From contig OY986947.1 of NCBI GenBank assembly GCA_963920595.1, positions 496,001-560,000 on the forward strand: 64,000 nt of DNA. Direction: 5' to 3'. The position numbers and the translations under genes are program-made. Origin of the DNA: Eimeria praecox (Eukaryota). Positions 25,680-40,569 of the stretch are shown piece after piece; the first letter of the stretch is position 1; every line of letters begins with the position of its first letter. The notes beneath the pieces were generated by a model. It saw nothing but the letters and a program-made list of their open reading frames with translations, had not been told where the DNA came from and made no database searches.

Positions 25680-28092
25680 AAGAAATACACGCATTCTGCT
25701 TAGACCAACCGAAACGATTAACGCATTCCTAGTTTAGCTCAGTCATGGACAGGCTCTGCTACAGAGAGGGCGCTGATGGCTATACGGCTTCACTCAAACT
25801 AGCACAACTAATGCCACGGGCCGTCCAATCCACTATGAATCGTTGCGCAGGTTCATCGTGCTCACACGCAGAGCCGTGCAGATCCGTGTAGGCATCTTTG
25901 CGCGTTCCACTAATACTACGCACGGAAGAAAACCCGGAAGCTTCAACAACTAATACTGCAGCGCAGAGTGCTTGGTAACGCCGAGCCGTCTCATGCATCA
26001 AAGGGCGAGTGCTCGTACACTCTGGCATCGCAGAATCCAACGCTTTCCAACCCACAAAAATCATGTGCCCACCCCACCAGCATTTGCAAATGAGACACCT
26101 GGTCTTGGCTGTGATTAAGCGGCAATCCAAAGCAGTCAGTGCTGGTCCTGCCGTCCTCGTGCATTGCATCATTTGGCCTGTACTAATTCCACCCACACAA
26201 GCATGATATTCACGCGCACCGGCTTTAGAATATCCAAGGAAATTGAGGCTCTGCTGCAGTAACTCACTCCACTGAAACACCTGTTGCACTAACAGCGCAG
26301 CGCTCCAGCAACTTCTAAAGCAGCACAGGAACAATGCACACCCTGCGATGCACGCTACGCCACCCGCATCGGAGCGGTGCGCAGGGTAAACGCATGCCTG
26401 TGCGAAAGCATGTACCTCCACGCTGATATACAATATCCTGTCCAGGTCACATATACTACAGACAAAGAACAGTTTCGTACGCTCTGCTCCAGAAGGACGT
26501 GGCAATTGCGTTTTCTCGAGCTCGCGGCAGTTTCCCTGCTATTCCCAGAAGCTCATCTGTTCTTCCCAGTCACTCGAGAATGCCGGTATGCGAACCACAG
26601 GGCCCCCAGCATGCACCATGGCGCAGGCGCAGGGATATATGCTGCGCCGTGTGTTGGTGCTTTGCATTCGCCATGCACTGGTGAACCCTCTACATATGAA
26701 TGAACGCAGACTTTGCAGCTTGAACATCTCATGGACGTCCAATGGCTGGCCGTTTAGTGGATGCCTTTTCCTCGCGTTGTTTGTCAAAAGGAGTCTTTAA
26801 AACCTGAACACTATCCAGTGCCCTTGCAGCAACGCCACTGAAGGATCTAGCGGCTTCAGAACCAACCGACAATAACCTCTAATAATGCAAGAATACTGTA
26901 GAGGCAGCACCTCAAGCGAGGCTGAGCGGTATCCACCACAACCCTAGTTGCAGCCAAGCAAGCTGCTTCACCCAACCACCTACGCTGGCACTGTCACAGC
27001 ATGCGCCACAAAGGCTGCAAACAAGCAGCTGCGTGCGTCTGCCACTCACCTGCCTAGGTCGTCTAACCTGAAGCTGCACTCTACCAAGGGCCCCAGTCTC
27101 TTGAATACAGCGTGAATAGAGGCCTTGAACGCGTTTCTCAAGCATTGCATCCAGCATTCCTCCTCATATATTATTGCTAGGATAGCGCAAAGCAATCAAA
27201 CCAACAAGCGTGCTTCCTGGCTTGGCTTAGCGGGGAGCCGCTGCAAAGAACGTCGTGCGCCCGGTGACTAATTCCCTAGGTCTCCGCCTTCTAGACAAAA
27301 ACGTATAACATATAAACACACTCGCTTCAGGAAATGGTTAGTTGTGCATGCGCTATAACAGTCCAATAGAGGATACCACCTCCTGTAAACGACAATCTGG
27401 TTGGTCGTAAATCACTTCCAAGCAACAAATCTTTGTGCTGGGCGTTTTGACAAGGTCGCCAAACCTCTCCAGCATTGGCAGGGTAGGATCCCTCGTCATT
27501 CGCACCCACCCGAGCAGAAGGTGCTACTAAGGCGTCGGGTGTCCTTAAAACAGAGCGCATTGTTTTACCCAAACCAGTGATGCTGCTCATGCCGCTAGGC
27601 ATCTTACACGCTGCGCCAAACACGCACAACGATTTGCACATTCAAAGGCACCATGCTGCTGTGGGCAGAACCCTACCCTTGTGAGCAGAACTGTTCGTTG
27701 AGAAGAACCCGGTAGCGCTTGCACTGAATGCGGCAATAACCCGCCCAATCCTTTGCCGATCATTGTTGACGAACAGGGCACTGAGGGATCTTTTTGACTT
27801 GATGGCCATACCCTTGGACTGCATCTTTAGGCTGTGCACATGTGCATGTCTGCACGCGACTCCCGGCACCACGCGCAATGCGCACACTCCCCAAAGCAGC
27901 GCTCAGTAGACAAGGCAACCTCATTGTTTGCCTGTGGTCGTTTGGACTAATGTTAAATGAATACAAAAAGGGGCACCCACCTTTCTCCTCCACATACAAG
28001 GCTCCTCTGCTGATGAAGGCAAAGGCGTCAAGCATGCACGCACTAGCTAAAAGGCAAACTGGCTACGTCAGTGCTCCATAGATGAAGTCCGT
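25680..28092 (-). pseudogene. Family-1 paralog C2
   Basis: Copy of C1; 241-codon ORF 25780-26505. Confidence 0.7.
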
Positions 28093-28229
28093 GGTAGCAC
28101 TTTCTGTAACTTCACAATAATGTGGCAGGCGGCCTTGAAAGACAAGAATGGTTTGCACAACGTGTCCCAATGTCATTCATTCAGGTATTGTCAGCGTCCA
28201 TGTGCTCCATCGTGACCTTGAATGTTACT

Positions 28230-30400
28230 GTTCATTGCGTCATGTAGTGCAGGGATTCCCCTGAAACTGATGACCGTAGAATCTGCATTTTGTTCTGTTG
28301 AGGACGGTGCCTCGCACAGCCGAATGGCATTACAAAGTAGACAGTGCATCGCATGCTCTGCTTGAGAAGGTGTTTGCGCTTGGCATGACCTGGAAGTGAC
28401 GACAGCTGTTTGGGTATCCTACGCCCTAGAAACGCGCCTGCTATCCCCAATCGCTTCCTTTTGACAGTCCGCGCCGCAGAGGGAACCCCGGCATTCACCG
28501 CAGCATACCGGACTATACTGTGCCATTTTCCGGTCCTTTGCAGTCGCCATTCTTTGTCTAAGCCTCTCTGAACACCGATCATGCAGCGTAAGCATCTTAT
28601 GGGCGCCCAGCCAAAGGCGTTGTGACTGGTGTATTTCTATCTCGCCGTTTGGCGAAAAAGCGTTTTAAACCTGCGCAACATTCCAACTTCTTGCAGCAAC
28701 GCATTGAAGAACCTAGTGCATTCAAAACCAATAGGTGGTCTCACTCTTTGTTATCCAGGAGACATCAGATCGGCTGACCCTCATCCAGCATGGCCGTTAG
28801 CAGCAGCCTGGCAAACAGCGCCACTCGCGGCCTACGCTCTTGAGTAGATGCACTGCCACAGCATGTGCCGCAAAGGCCCCTGAAAATCTAGTTGCATTGC
28901 AAACAGCCAGCTGCACACTTCTGCTCCCACTATGCCTAGCTCTTCGGTGCTAAAGCCGCTCTATGTCAAATGCTCCACTCTCTTGCATACAGCGCTTGAA
29001 CGCATTCCTAAGGCACTACAATTTGCTTTGCTCGCCTTATTGTGAAAGCGGCTAAAACCATTAAGCCTCCAATGTCTGCTTCCGTGGTTCAGCTTGACGC
29101 AAAGCCTGAACGGAAACCATCGCGCGCCCGCCGATTGGTCCCCCAGGTCTACGCTGTTTATACGCAAACACATATGGTATAGGCTCACCCCCTAAAACGA
29201 AAACAGTGTTCTGCGTCGATAGCATGGCAATCCAGCTCGTGACAGCCCTTGCTGCAAGCACCAACTGGATTGGTTGTGAATTGTCTCAATGCAAGAACAC
29301 TTTGTGCTGGGTACGTCGAGGTTTTCGTTTAAGCTCACGTAAATGCGGACGCGCATTATGCCGCTCTTCAATATTAGCTGCGTACGGTGCGTGCAGCAGC
29401 GAATCCATTCGCGTACAATACATGGCTACGACATCAGAAGTCCTCAAACCAGGGCACAGTGCTTCGACCATTCATGCTCTGCTCAACACTGGGCATTCAA
29501 CACTATGCTTCTAACACGCGCAACAAATTGCGTACTGAAACCCTTCACGTTCTTGGTGTCAGATACTTTCATTATGAAGGCCCTTGCCGGTATGGCAGTA
29601 AATGCGACACCCTTCCCCATCAGAGCGATCACCATCGTCGAGTAATGCAACGAGGAGTGTTTTTGGCTTGATGACTAGGTTCTTGGACTGGGTGATTAGG
29701 CTGAACGTAGGCGCTCAGACACATGCAAGCATACAGGGCAGTCACCAGCACATTTCAAATGCATCTGGGTATACCAGCCAGGAGGGCCGTGAATCCCTGC
29801 AAATCCTCACTATGCTCTCCGCGTATGCACTTGCCCCCCCCTCCAACTTTCCTAGAAGGTACAACGCACAGCGTAAACCCATTAAGCCTGCTTTTCCCCC
29901 GTCTGCTTTGCCAGGAGCAGCTAGTCGCAGAGGCTCAATATCGTGCTTTATAAGGGAAAAACGTCCACGCCAGCTGGATTTTCAGCCGTATCTTCCTTCT
30001 AAACAAGCAGCAGTTTTGTCCCGGCCTACTTCTGGGGGGGTGGGGCGCTAAGCCTATGATGACTTCCAGAATACCAAATTATCATTATTGATTGCTCATG
30101 AGCCTGCTTTCGGGAAGGCGGAAGAGCTTGCGAACGACAGCTTATGACACCCCACACCAAATGGGCTCGCAAGCAAGTAAGCTTGCACGTACGCACGTGC
30201 TTCTCAGCACCGCATGCAGCCTTCGGTATCTGCCAAGCCCGGTTCAGCAACATAGGCGGCCTCATGGTATGCGTGTGGAGACCGTGCCGTAAGGCATTGA
30301 ACGCTCAGCGCAGCGCCTTACCCGGCTGCCCCCTCCCTCGAAACGCAAGATATGCATGCTACTACTGCATCCGTGCACCTCCGCGCACACAAACACGATT
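28230..30400 (-). pseudogene. Family-1 paralog D2
   Basis: Copy of D1 with a private 8-bp deletion near 29765. Confidence 0.7.
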
Positions 30401-33400
30401 TTCAAACTACAAAGACATCCATACAAGGCACGCTGCAGGCACTTTGCCACCTGGCATCTGCCTACCCATATAGAGGCACGCCATAACGCTGTTCCGCCTT
30501 GCTCAATGCTGCACAGTTCACATAATAATCCCTTATTTAGCAAAGGCATAGCCTTGCGGATGTTAACATCGCTAAAGCGCCAACACGGATGCAGCATTCC
30601 ACACGTCTCACTCAGCGGCCAATTGATGCCGACCCAACATGCACACCAAGCACTTGTTGCCAAACAGCATGCACTGACATGCCCGAATTGGGCGCACTCC
30701 CTGATGTGCACAAAGCCTCATGCTTGGCTAAGCCGTCATTAACTGCAAGCAAGAACCTTCCTCACCCTCCCCATTATCCTCAGACTCAGGAAACCGGCCC
30801 TCCCATCACTGCAAATACATCCAGCATCAACCATCACTCGCACGTGCCCTCATACAAAGTGTGGAACATATGCCCTCTCTTCACGGTGAAATATGCTGAA
30901 CGGCTATGCGCATACAGAGAGTTCAGAGTCGTCCTTGTGCAGCTCTCGCCATGAAGATCAAGATAGTCCCCACGCACAAAGCACAACTTGTCATCCCTCC
31001 CCACTCGTATGCAACCCATTCTGCATCCCCCATCCGTATCGTGCAGTGTGAACGTGCAGTGACGCACAAGAACCAAAACGCTCTGCAGGCCTTCCTTCCT
31101 TCGAACGTACTGCACATGCACATAACTCTCCGCCCAGCATCTGCTTCCCCACGATAAGCTTTTGGCGCCTGCTACGCTGTCCCCAAGTCGCCGACATGAA
31201 TCGCTCACGCGTTTGCGTTCCATCCCAATGTTCCTGGTGCTCACCTCTTGCGCATACTCACATTTGCCCCAAACTCTTGTCACTCTCCACCGTCCCCGCA
31301 ACCACTCGTGCATAGTCCCTTGGCTCTTCTCCTTTCCATGCGGTTAAGGCACACGTGTTCTGGATTTACCAAAACCCTGCGCAACAGCCACCAAGGGCCG
31401 TCACATACCTCCTGCGGTGCTCATCACGCATCCCAACCCTCCCCCGTCAAGTATAAAACCTTGAAGTGAATTGTACTCTCTCGCTTGAGTGCCAACAAAC
31501 TCACCGCCTCATATTAGTATTTGCCAGAATGACGCGGTTGCCTGTTGGGCAACGTGCCCCCGGGAAATGCAAGCTACAAACCGCTCGGCGGCATCCATTA
31601 CGCGCCGTCACACCACATTGGGCACACACCTAAAGCATCTACGCCACAGATGTAAGATGCACGACACAGCTTACCGCTGTTCCTAACCATCCAGTCATCA
31701 TCATTGACACTGGAGCCCTGTTGTACTACCATGGTTGTTCCTGCGCATGCGGGGGCAAACACGACACACTTTCTGAGTTAACGAATGAGTCCCACACACG
31801 TAGGCACTTCGAGTTCAGCTTCTGATATCCACAGCCCAACCCGCTGCACCACATCCTCTTCTCCATGCGCCGAAGTAATACCGTTGAGTAACGTCCCTGT
31901 CCGTAGAGGTTATACCACAAATCCTCTCGCCGCAGAGCCGTTATCTCGCAACGGCAAAGCTTCATGCATGCAGGGACGGCTGATGCAGTTTTCCGAACAA
32001 CCCAAATCCCACTAGGGCTAGGCAGAACTCCCAGCACCATCCTCAACCACTGCTACTCAACACACTCACAACGCGGCAAGCACGCATCTATACGCTATAT
32101 TGCAAACCAAATAATATCTTGCCGTGGTTAGAGTCTTCGGTACGCCTGACCGCCCTCCGTTTCCTTCAGCCTTCAGACCTCATCCACCAGGCCTTCTCAC
32201 CAATGCAAATGAATCCAACACCAACTAGCACGCACACGCGCTCTCATGCAAAGTGTGGAGCATATGCCCTCTCTTCACGGTGAAATATGCTTAATGGATA
32301 TGCGCATACTCAGAGTTCAGAGTCGCCCTTGTGCAGCTTTTGCCATGAAGGTCAAGATAGCCCTCACGCAACAAGGCAGAACCTGCTGTACCTCGCTGTG
32401 CACGTGCAGCAGAAGGGGCATCCTCTATTCGCGTCATGTTAGGATGCTGAAAAAGCAAAAAGGCGTGATGACCCTCCGTTCATCTAGCATAGCGCAACCG
32501 GGTGTCAAGGGAGAGTGAAGACTTGTATCAGCAAGAAACTGTCCTGTTTATTTGGTTTCCGTGTCACTGGCGCGTAGTGCGAATGTGCGGTGTGATGCGA
32601 CAGGCCCTCGTGAATGGGGCGCAGTGGCTTGGGGATCGCGGTTCCCTTGCCCACGCTGCGCAGTCACAGGTGGCCTGAACCCCGCACACGTGTAGTTCCT
32701 AGACCGCACATTATATGCATGGGCCTCCAGTTCCTCATCGTGCACTGAGCAGCAGCGCGCTGTACAACAGCTTTGCATTCTCCTTAAGCATCTGCTGTAG
32801 TGATACATATTCATAATCCGCAAGTACGCTGCAGGTGTTATCTGCCTGCTTAGCAGCATTATGTATACCCGGTCACCTCTTCCAGTTTGTATTGCCGGGT
32901 CTCATCTGATCTATACGCAGGGGATCGAAAGCCAGTTTCATCTCTTCAAGAAGCTGGAAATCATGTAGACAATCAGCAAACCTACACCCCTACACGTTCA
33001 AATGACCCTTGCCAACACTAAGCCAGGATGGGCACACCGAAGGCCGAGATCATTCGTTAATTTTTGCGGATGCATCGCAACAATCCTAGTACCATACACC
33101 ATGGAACTGCGCGTCTGGTCTGCTACTGCCACTTGTCGTTTGACCCCTTTACAACCGCGAAGCAGTTTGCTTACAGCAGTTGAGCCACTGTCAAGTATGA
33201 CGAAACCATCGCTGCCGAAATGTGCGAGGCCAGGCCATCAGGATTTACTCTTGAAAGCAGAGCACAAAGCCTTATCCTATGACTTCATTTCTCCTAAAGC
33301 AAACTCCGCATGCGCCTAGCATATCTGGACGCCTCCGCGCACGAATACACACCTTAAGTTCAAGGAGATGTAGACAAAGCACACTACAAACAATTCGCCA

Positions 33401-35806
33401 CGGAGCATGTATTTACCTTACCTCATTGGGGCACGCCCTTCCGCACTAGCCGGCGTAGCACCATCCAGCTAAGTTAGCTTTTGCACAGTTCACAGAAAAT
33501 CTCATCCGTGGCAGAGCTGTTGTCTGGAAGCTGTTACAATCCTGCGCATGCCAACGGATGATGCAGGCTTCCACATACCTCAATCAGCGCGCAAGCAAAA
33601 CCGACCCATCCTGCGATCCCATGCCCAGCTGCTGCTGCTAAATGCCGTATACAGGCGCGCGCTGTTTGGCGCACTTCTGGATGCAGGCAAGACGACAGGT
33701 TCTGCTGAGCCAGCAGTAGCTACACTAAGTGCCCTTGCCATTCCTCCAATGCGTACAGCGCAACAATCAATTCCTAAACGATTGCAAATCCATTCAAACC
33801 CCACCACCACCCACACTGTTCTCCTGCAAAGTGAAGAAAGTATGCCGTCCTTCCACTGTGAGGAATGCTTAAGGGAGAGGACCACGCCGCAAAATCAGAC
33901 GCGCCTGTGCTGCTGACACTTCAGCGAACCTACACGGCACTTATCCTCACAAGCCCTCGGCATACTGCTGCCACTCCCATCCATTGCTTTTCTCCAGACC
34001 CTACATGCGTCCACAAATTTTCTACGGCTCCAGCTTATGCCTTATCGCCCCTCAGTCCACACATACGAGTGCCTCTGCCCCTTGACCAACCCTTCCGTGC
34101 AGCTGTCTCCATGACGATCAAGATGGTTCACACGCAGCAGGACAGAACCTCTCAGCCCTTGTTACACACATACAGTGGACATTGCAGCATGCAGGGTTGC
34201 ACCCTGCATGGGTGCCATGGAGTGGCGTACCTAAACCAAAGGAGTGTCAAGGGTTTCGCTCGTTCTAACGTACTGCAACTACACACAACTGTCTCGCCCA
34301 GCATCTACAGCCCTACAACACATCTTGCCACCTGCTAAAATGCCCCCAACCCGGCGAAAAAAAGTCGTTCTCGTTTTTGCATCCCATCCCAATATTCTTC
34401 ATGCCCACTTCCTGCGCGTAATCAACATTGCTGCAACTCCAACTGAGACCACTCTGCACTCGCTCCTCAAACCCTCGTCAACAAGCCCCTGGCTGTCCCC
34501 ATTTGGCCAAGAGCTACGTGCTCAGATTTCAGCGAAACCCTCCTCAACGCGCATCGAAAATGCTACCTCAATACACTGACCATGCACCCACAAGGTCGCG
34601 AACAGACTGCTCATGTGTGCAAACACACACATGACCGCTCGCTCGCCTAAAGCATTATAGCAACGTTGATGCGTGCAAGACTTTCTAAAATAACTGGGAA
34701 TAGACTGCTAGTGCCCGATGGGTGCCTTTAGATATTCACAGCCCTTACCTTCTGCGTATAACGCCACTGTCTACTACTCATGGCCCTGCTGCTTTCTCAC
34801 GTGTTCTTAGCCACCCACTAACGGCCAAAAAGCGCTTCTATGCCCATCACGTACCTCTCCACTTACTCATCACGCATCAAGTGCTGATGCGAATGGCACG
34901 CTTGCTCGAGTGCCAGCAAACGTTCCGTCTCATATCGGTATCCGTCAGAATGACGTGGCTCACTGACGGACGCAGTTCGCACGGGAAACGCAAGCTACAA
35001 ACCGCTCGGAGGCTTCCACTAAACACAGCCACATCAAATTGGTCACTCACCCGAAACGTCGGCCCCATAGGCTCCAGGCACACAAAACAGCTCTGCACTG
35101 CTCTTAACCCTTCAGTCATCATTGACGCTCGTGCTGCACTGTCATTAGTGCTTCTGGGCGTGCGCGGGCAAACAAAACACACTTTCTAACCCAACGTGCT
35201 AGCGCTTCAAACATAGCCATTCTCCCTGCATCCCCTGCCACGCAGCACTTAACTAGCATCATCGCATCCTCTTCTCAAACACTGTAGTTGAATCACTGTC
35301 CTTTCATTTCGTATCGCATATTCCTTCGTCGCAGAGTCATCGGCTCGTTGATGCAAGCATTCTTGTGCGGCACAGTGGCTACTGCAACCTTTGGTACACC
35401 TTAAATTGCAGTCCCAGTGGGCAAAACCTGCATAGTGTTTCCAACACACCGCCTAATATATCCTTCTCCTTCACGTCTGCTGAACTGGCCCAATTTATGG
35501 GAATGGCGCACTTCTTGTCTTTATGTTGTCTTTGTGCTCTCACACGATGACGTCAGGCCAGAGTCCCGTGTGCCTATACTCATTTTATCCACAACCAGTG
35601 GCCAGATGGCTTTGCCCCCTCCGCACAGCCATCCGTCAACGGTGGCTGCGTTTCTCATTTTCCGGTCGCATACCTCGCCGTCGCCTCACCAGGAGACTTC
35701 CGGCCAGACGAAAACACGCATTTCAACATCAGCAAGCTTTTCGTCTTCTCAACTTCTTTAGGCTTGGCCACTGATATTGCTGGAGGCTATGTCGCAGGGC
35801 ACACAA

Positions 35807-38800
35807 GGCGCTGGGCACCGGCGTCCGCAACTGAGCACGAGCCGCTGATCTGAATTTTTGGCGGCCCTTTAGACCCTACAGCATTCATATCAAATACAGC
35901 ACAGAGCACGCAATAAAGCATCACTCCTTGTTCGCAAATAATCCAGCCGTCACGAGCACAAGGGTGGCACTGTGATGCGCGCTATATACCTGGAGATGCA
36001 GCGTACTGACATCAATCTTCGGATTGGTGTCATTCCTGTGGGTGTCACTCCTCCCTCTTCACTACCGGGCGGTAACGTCGCTCTCAGCCCAGCCAGCATT
36101 TACAACTCCAACTGCTTCTACAAGCAACCGTGCACTGCCACTCAGACTATATTAGGGCAGCGCTCGCCACATCTAGCCTCTCCACCTTTCCTTCCGCTGC
36201 CAGTTCAGAATTCCCCGCAATGCACACCAATGCAAAAGCGTTCTGCGTGTGTTTGCAAGCAAAGACTCTCGGGAGACATGCCAAGACACCTCCTTGTCTT
36301 ACAAAGCCAGGATTCGTCTACAACTGTGTTGGTACACGAAGACTGTGCAGCGCAAAATGCATGATCCTGACGGCACAGGGCAAAGCGTGCTTGCTCCAGA
36401 AATGCTGAATCGACCCCCAGTCATATCGAGGGGGATAGCAAGTCCAACAGCGCAAACGAATCAGAGCTCATGAATGCTTCCGTAAACCTCGTATATCCTA
36501 CCCAGTCCGATGTCTGCCTGTGGTTGCAACGGGAGGCACTGGGGTCAGTCGAATCCATATTATTTCACCAAAACAACTCAGCTGCAAGAAAGGCTCTCGG
36601 CTGCACGCATCCCAATGCGCCACCCACATTCACAGAGTTGGCATTACAAAGCCTTTCGTTGATTTGTTCGTCACCCTGCAGGTTCGCGCGAAGGGGCTTG
36701 TCCTTTTCCAGCATGTTGGGCGGCACGTGCGCAATGCCGTCAGTGCACAACGCAGCAATGTTTTTGTTTCCGGCGCCTGCGTACGCAAATAACCTTGCAA
36801 AAGCTCACATAACTGCACGCGTTCGCATCTACATCTCCAAATGCCTCTTGTGGGCCCAAGAGACCTAGTTCAAGGGCGGCCCGTATGACTGCATATTTCG
36901 ACCGACTAATTCACCATGTAAACAAGCATCGCCAACTGCTGCAGGCGCGTAGACATTCATAACGTTAGAAAGGGATGCACCGTCGAGAATTACCATTCTA
37001 ATCACACAAGTATAATGCTCGTTGGCGGTCAGCCTTCACGCACAAACTGTGCAGTGATGATATAACTCCGTTAACGGACTGCCCGTCCGAGCGTAAAGGC
37101 TAGCAGCAATTAGAACGCATTGTAGCGCTGTAGGGAAAACCCAGCTGAGTCACGCTCAGGTCTTACCAGACTCAGTCACACTGTTACGCAAAGTGCAGGG
37201 TGGAATCCTTGGGCGCTGCATGCGGCAAATGCTTGCAGCACCATCCAGATCCCTCTATTCGCTCCAAACCAAGCGATGCAGCCATCTCTCGAGAGAGTGG
37301 CAGTCCATCTGTGCCTGCTGCTTCCAAACTACAAGGTTTTGCGTGGTACACCCAAATGCTTGGCCATCTGATCAAAACTTGCTTGATGCGCGGTCGCGCT
37401 AAGTAGCTTGCAGGAATTGATGCCAAATCAAACGAATAGTCACGCATTACAGCATCGGAGTGGCAACTCTGATTGTTTGGGCAGCAGCTATTCAGGATCC
37501 TGCAGCTTAAAACAGCCAGTGTTTCCTCATGAAACAACTCCATGAAGGGCTAACGATTTGTTTGTCGTTTCTAAAATAATTCCGCTAAGGGAAAACACAG
37601 GTGAAAACCAAGCCAAGTCTGGCCCACTTCAACATTTCCACGCACTTTAATTGGCACGTCTGCTTTGTATTGAATGAGTAATATTTCAGCAACCTGTATT
37701 CAATGCAGCATTCGGAGGCTAGTTCAGGAAACACGGGGATTCCAAATCCTGAGTCTGCACTTCGCATCTTTCTGCGTTTAATAAGAAGAGCAGCATGCAT
37801 TTCACGTACTTTGCCTGATGACGCCGGCAGCTGTGCCCAATAATATGTTCTACTACTAGCACCTTGCGCACATATGCCTCTCCACTTACTAGCTAGATTT
37901 CGCAGGAGGGAAAAGCAGCGGTATCGGCTTGCCTGTGGTTTGCCGGTGTTGCGGCTGGCACATGTTTAGATACAGGTGCACCCTCCAATAGGCAAAGTCT
38001 GTATTGCTCGAGCTCTATGTTTCCACCTCGTTCGTTTGTCGATGTGGTAAGCTGCAGACTACCACAGGCAACACTTAAGATCCCATGCCCGGCTGTGAAA
38101 TTAGGTTTGGTTGTGACAGACCTCAAGGCATCGCCGTTAATTGAAATCTTCCCAAAACAAGTTCTACGTAAGAATAGACTCTACTCAGAATACGCTGCAA
38201 GACGCATTGCCGACTCGCAGAGCATGTCAACAAGCCTTTACTCCTCAAAGCATCGCGTAGTTAGTTTCTAGCCAAGTATTCGTTTAAATGCATATTTTTA
38301 GGGAGCAGAGATCTCAACTTCAAACCAGCGTCTAGTTCATGCTGGCCCACGCCACAGCTCCAGGGTCCGAGCATTCGAGTTCTAAAAATTGCGATACGAT
38401 ATGCCGACTGATGCCACAGCATTTGAGAGCAAAAGAGGCCAGCATTCCAAAGATCGGACAGTACGCAGCCGGACACCGTTAGCTTGTAGCATCTAACGCG
38501 ATCACCGTCACATATTACAGCAGCGCTCTTAACCAGTTCTACTCATTCAATGTGGCTTTACCTCATACCAAATCAAACCGCAAATCCGTCAGTACCATGG
38601 AAATCTTGTTTCTTACGGTCCTAGACCCCACGAGGCTCCAACCGTTGCCAGCTTAAGCTGCTTCCTATTCTAGCCGTCGATACAAGCAGCTTTATCTATC
38701 TGCTCCCCCTGAATGGCCGGCTCACTGTATTCAACACGCGCAGCTTCAAACGACATGTCACTGGGCACTTCCGTAACCGAGTCGTGCTTGTCGCTGTAGT

Positions 38801-40289
38801 ATATTTGCACCTGAAAAGGTGACTTAAGTCCTCAAGATCAATGCACACCACCTCGCAAACTTGCGCAGAGGATATGGATATGAAACGCTGCACCCAGCAA
38901 GTAGCATGGCTTAGTCTGCACGACACAAAATTGCTCTTTACAGACAATTGCAACGTCCTTCCCCCACGCCCTGACGAGCTTATGCTAGTCTAAAATGCGC
39001 CTCCCGTTGTCTTTAGTCATTCAGCCCGACAGATGTTCCTCCTGGCTTGGCTTGGCGCGAAATCGCGTGAAAAAGCATCGCTCCCCCGCCGTGAGTGATC
39101 CCCTAGGCCTTGTCGTTTTGGACGCAAGTGCATGGCACATAAAAGCTCTCGCTTAAAGGAGATGGTGGATGGTGTCAGCGCCATAGCAGTCCAATAGAGT
39201 ATATCGCTTGCTGCAAAGTTCAGCCTGGTTAGCCGTCAATAGCCTAAAGGCAAAAGCACTTTGTGCTGGGTGCTTCCAACCTGTCGTGCAAGCCTTTGCC
39301 AAAGTGAACACGTAGAATGCTGCTCTTCAGTATTACCAGCAAATGAAACATGGGGTGCTGCGCCCAATAGCGTAGAATATGTGGCTAAGGAGTCTGGAAT
39401 CCTTAGAACGGGGCATAGCGTTTTGAACATTCATGCTCTAAACGCTCTGCACTAAGCATCTTACACTCTGCTCCAAGCACGCACAGCAAATTACCAACTG
39501 AAAGACTTCACACCCGGGTGGCTAGACGCTTTCACTGTGATGGCCCTGCTTGCCCTGGCAGTAAATTGACATAACCGCCTATATGCTAGAGGGTCTGCCG
39601 CTGTCGAATAATGCATTGAGGGAGCACTTTTTGTTGATAACCACTTCTTTGGGCTACGCTTTCAGGCTGTACACAGGTGCATGCACAAATGCACGCATAT
39701 GCGTAGGCGTAGGCAAATATAAAAACAAGGTACCATCGCTTTCCAAATGCATCAGGCCTGTGCTGTGTACGAGCCGTGAGGGCCACTGTTTGCGTGTTAG
39801 TTCCTGCACATTCGCACGTTCCAACTAAGTGAGTGGCCTTACTCCCTACAATCAATGAGATTGCTTGCCTCCGGTCTGCACTGCCAGCGGCAGTCAGTCT
39901 GAAAGGCTCACGTGTTTAGCACCAGAACAGCCTCCCCAGAAGCTGTTCAGTCGTCTCTTTCTTACACAGCTATCAAATTTGTGGCAGCCTACTTCACCGA
40001 GGCAACTAAACCTCTACTGACCTTTTGAACACCGTTGCCCTGACAGCTCTCTAGCCTACGTTTGCAGAAACGCAAGCACTTGCAATCCCAAAAGCATCAT
40101 CCAGTAGTACAGGCAACAATATCACCGCATGCCTGTTGTCTATTGACACTAGATAAATAGGAGCAGTGCCACTGGCATATCTCCGCCACCAACAAGGCCT
40201 TTTCTGCAACTGAAGCCAGAGGCGTCAACTATGCACGCACTAGCTAAAAGGTAAGCTAGTTACCCCTGTGCTTCAGATGTGAAATCCAT
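35807..40289 (-). pseudogene. Family-1 paralog E2
   Basis: Copy of E1 at offset 20,807; ATG at 40289. Confidence 0.6.
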
Positions 40290-40569
40290 GATAACACTTG
40301 CCGCAACTTCACAATGCTGTGGCGAGCGGCACAAGATAAAAAGAGATTGCATTGCGTGCCTCAGTTTTCTTAACGTCATCGCCCATGCTACGCTCAACGT
40401 CTATTCGCACTGTGACTGGCTTCCAATTTCTCTAGATTAAATGAAAAACCCGAACGTTCGTGGGCGGATGCGCCAGCCGAGCATCTAAGCAGCTTTCTTG
40501 TTTAAGGACTGCAGACACGTTATCCGGCTGTCACTCAATGATTTTCCCGAATACAGCTCGTGCGCACGC

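Larger units (their letters stand above)
16680..37487. repeat. ~20.8-kb tandem macro-repeat, unit II (complete)
   Basis: Near-identical to both neighbours (e.g. ORFs 17889 to 38696 and 19842 to 40649, offset 20,807). Unit phase is set by the point where identity ends at ~58,240. Confidence 0.97.
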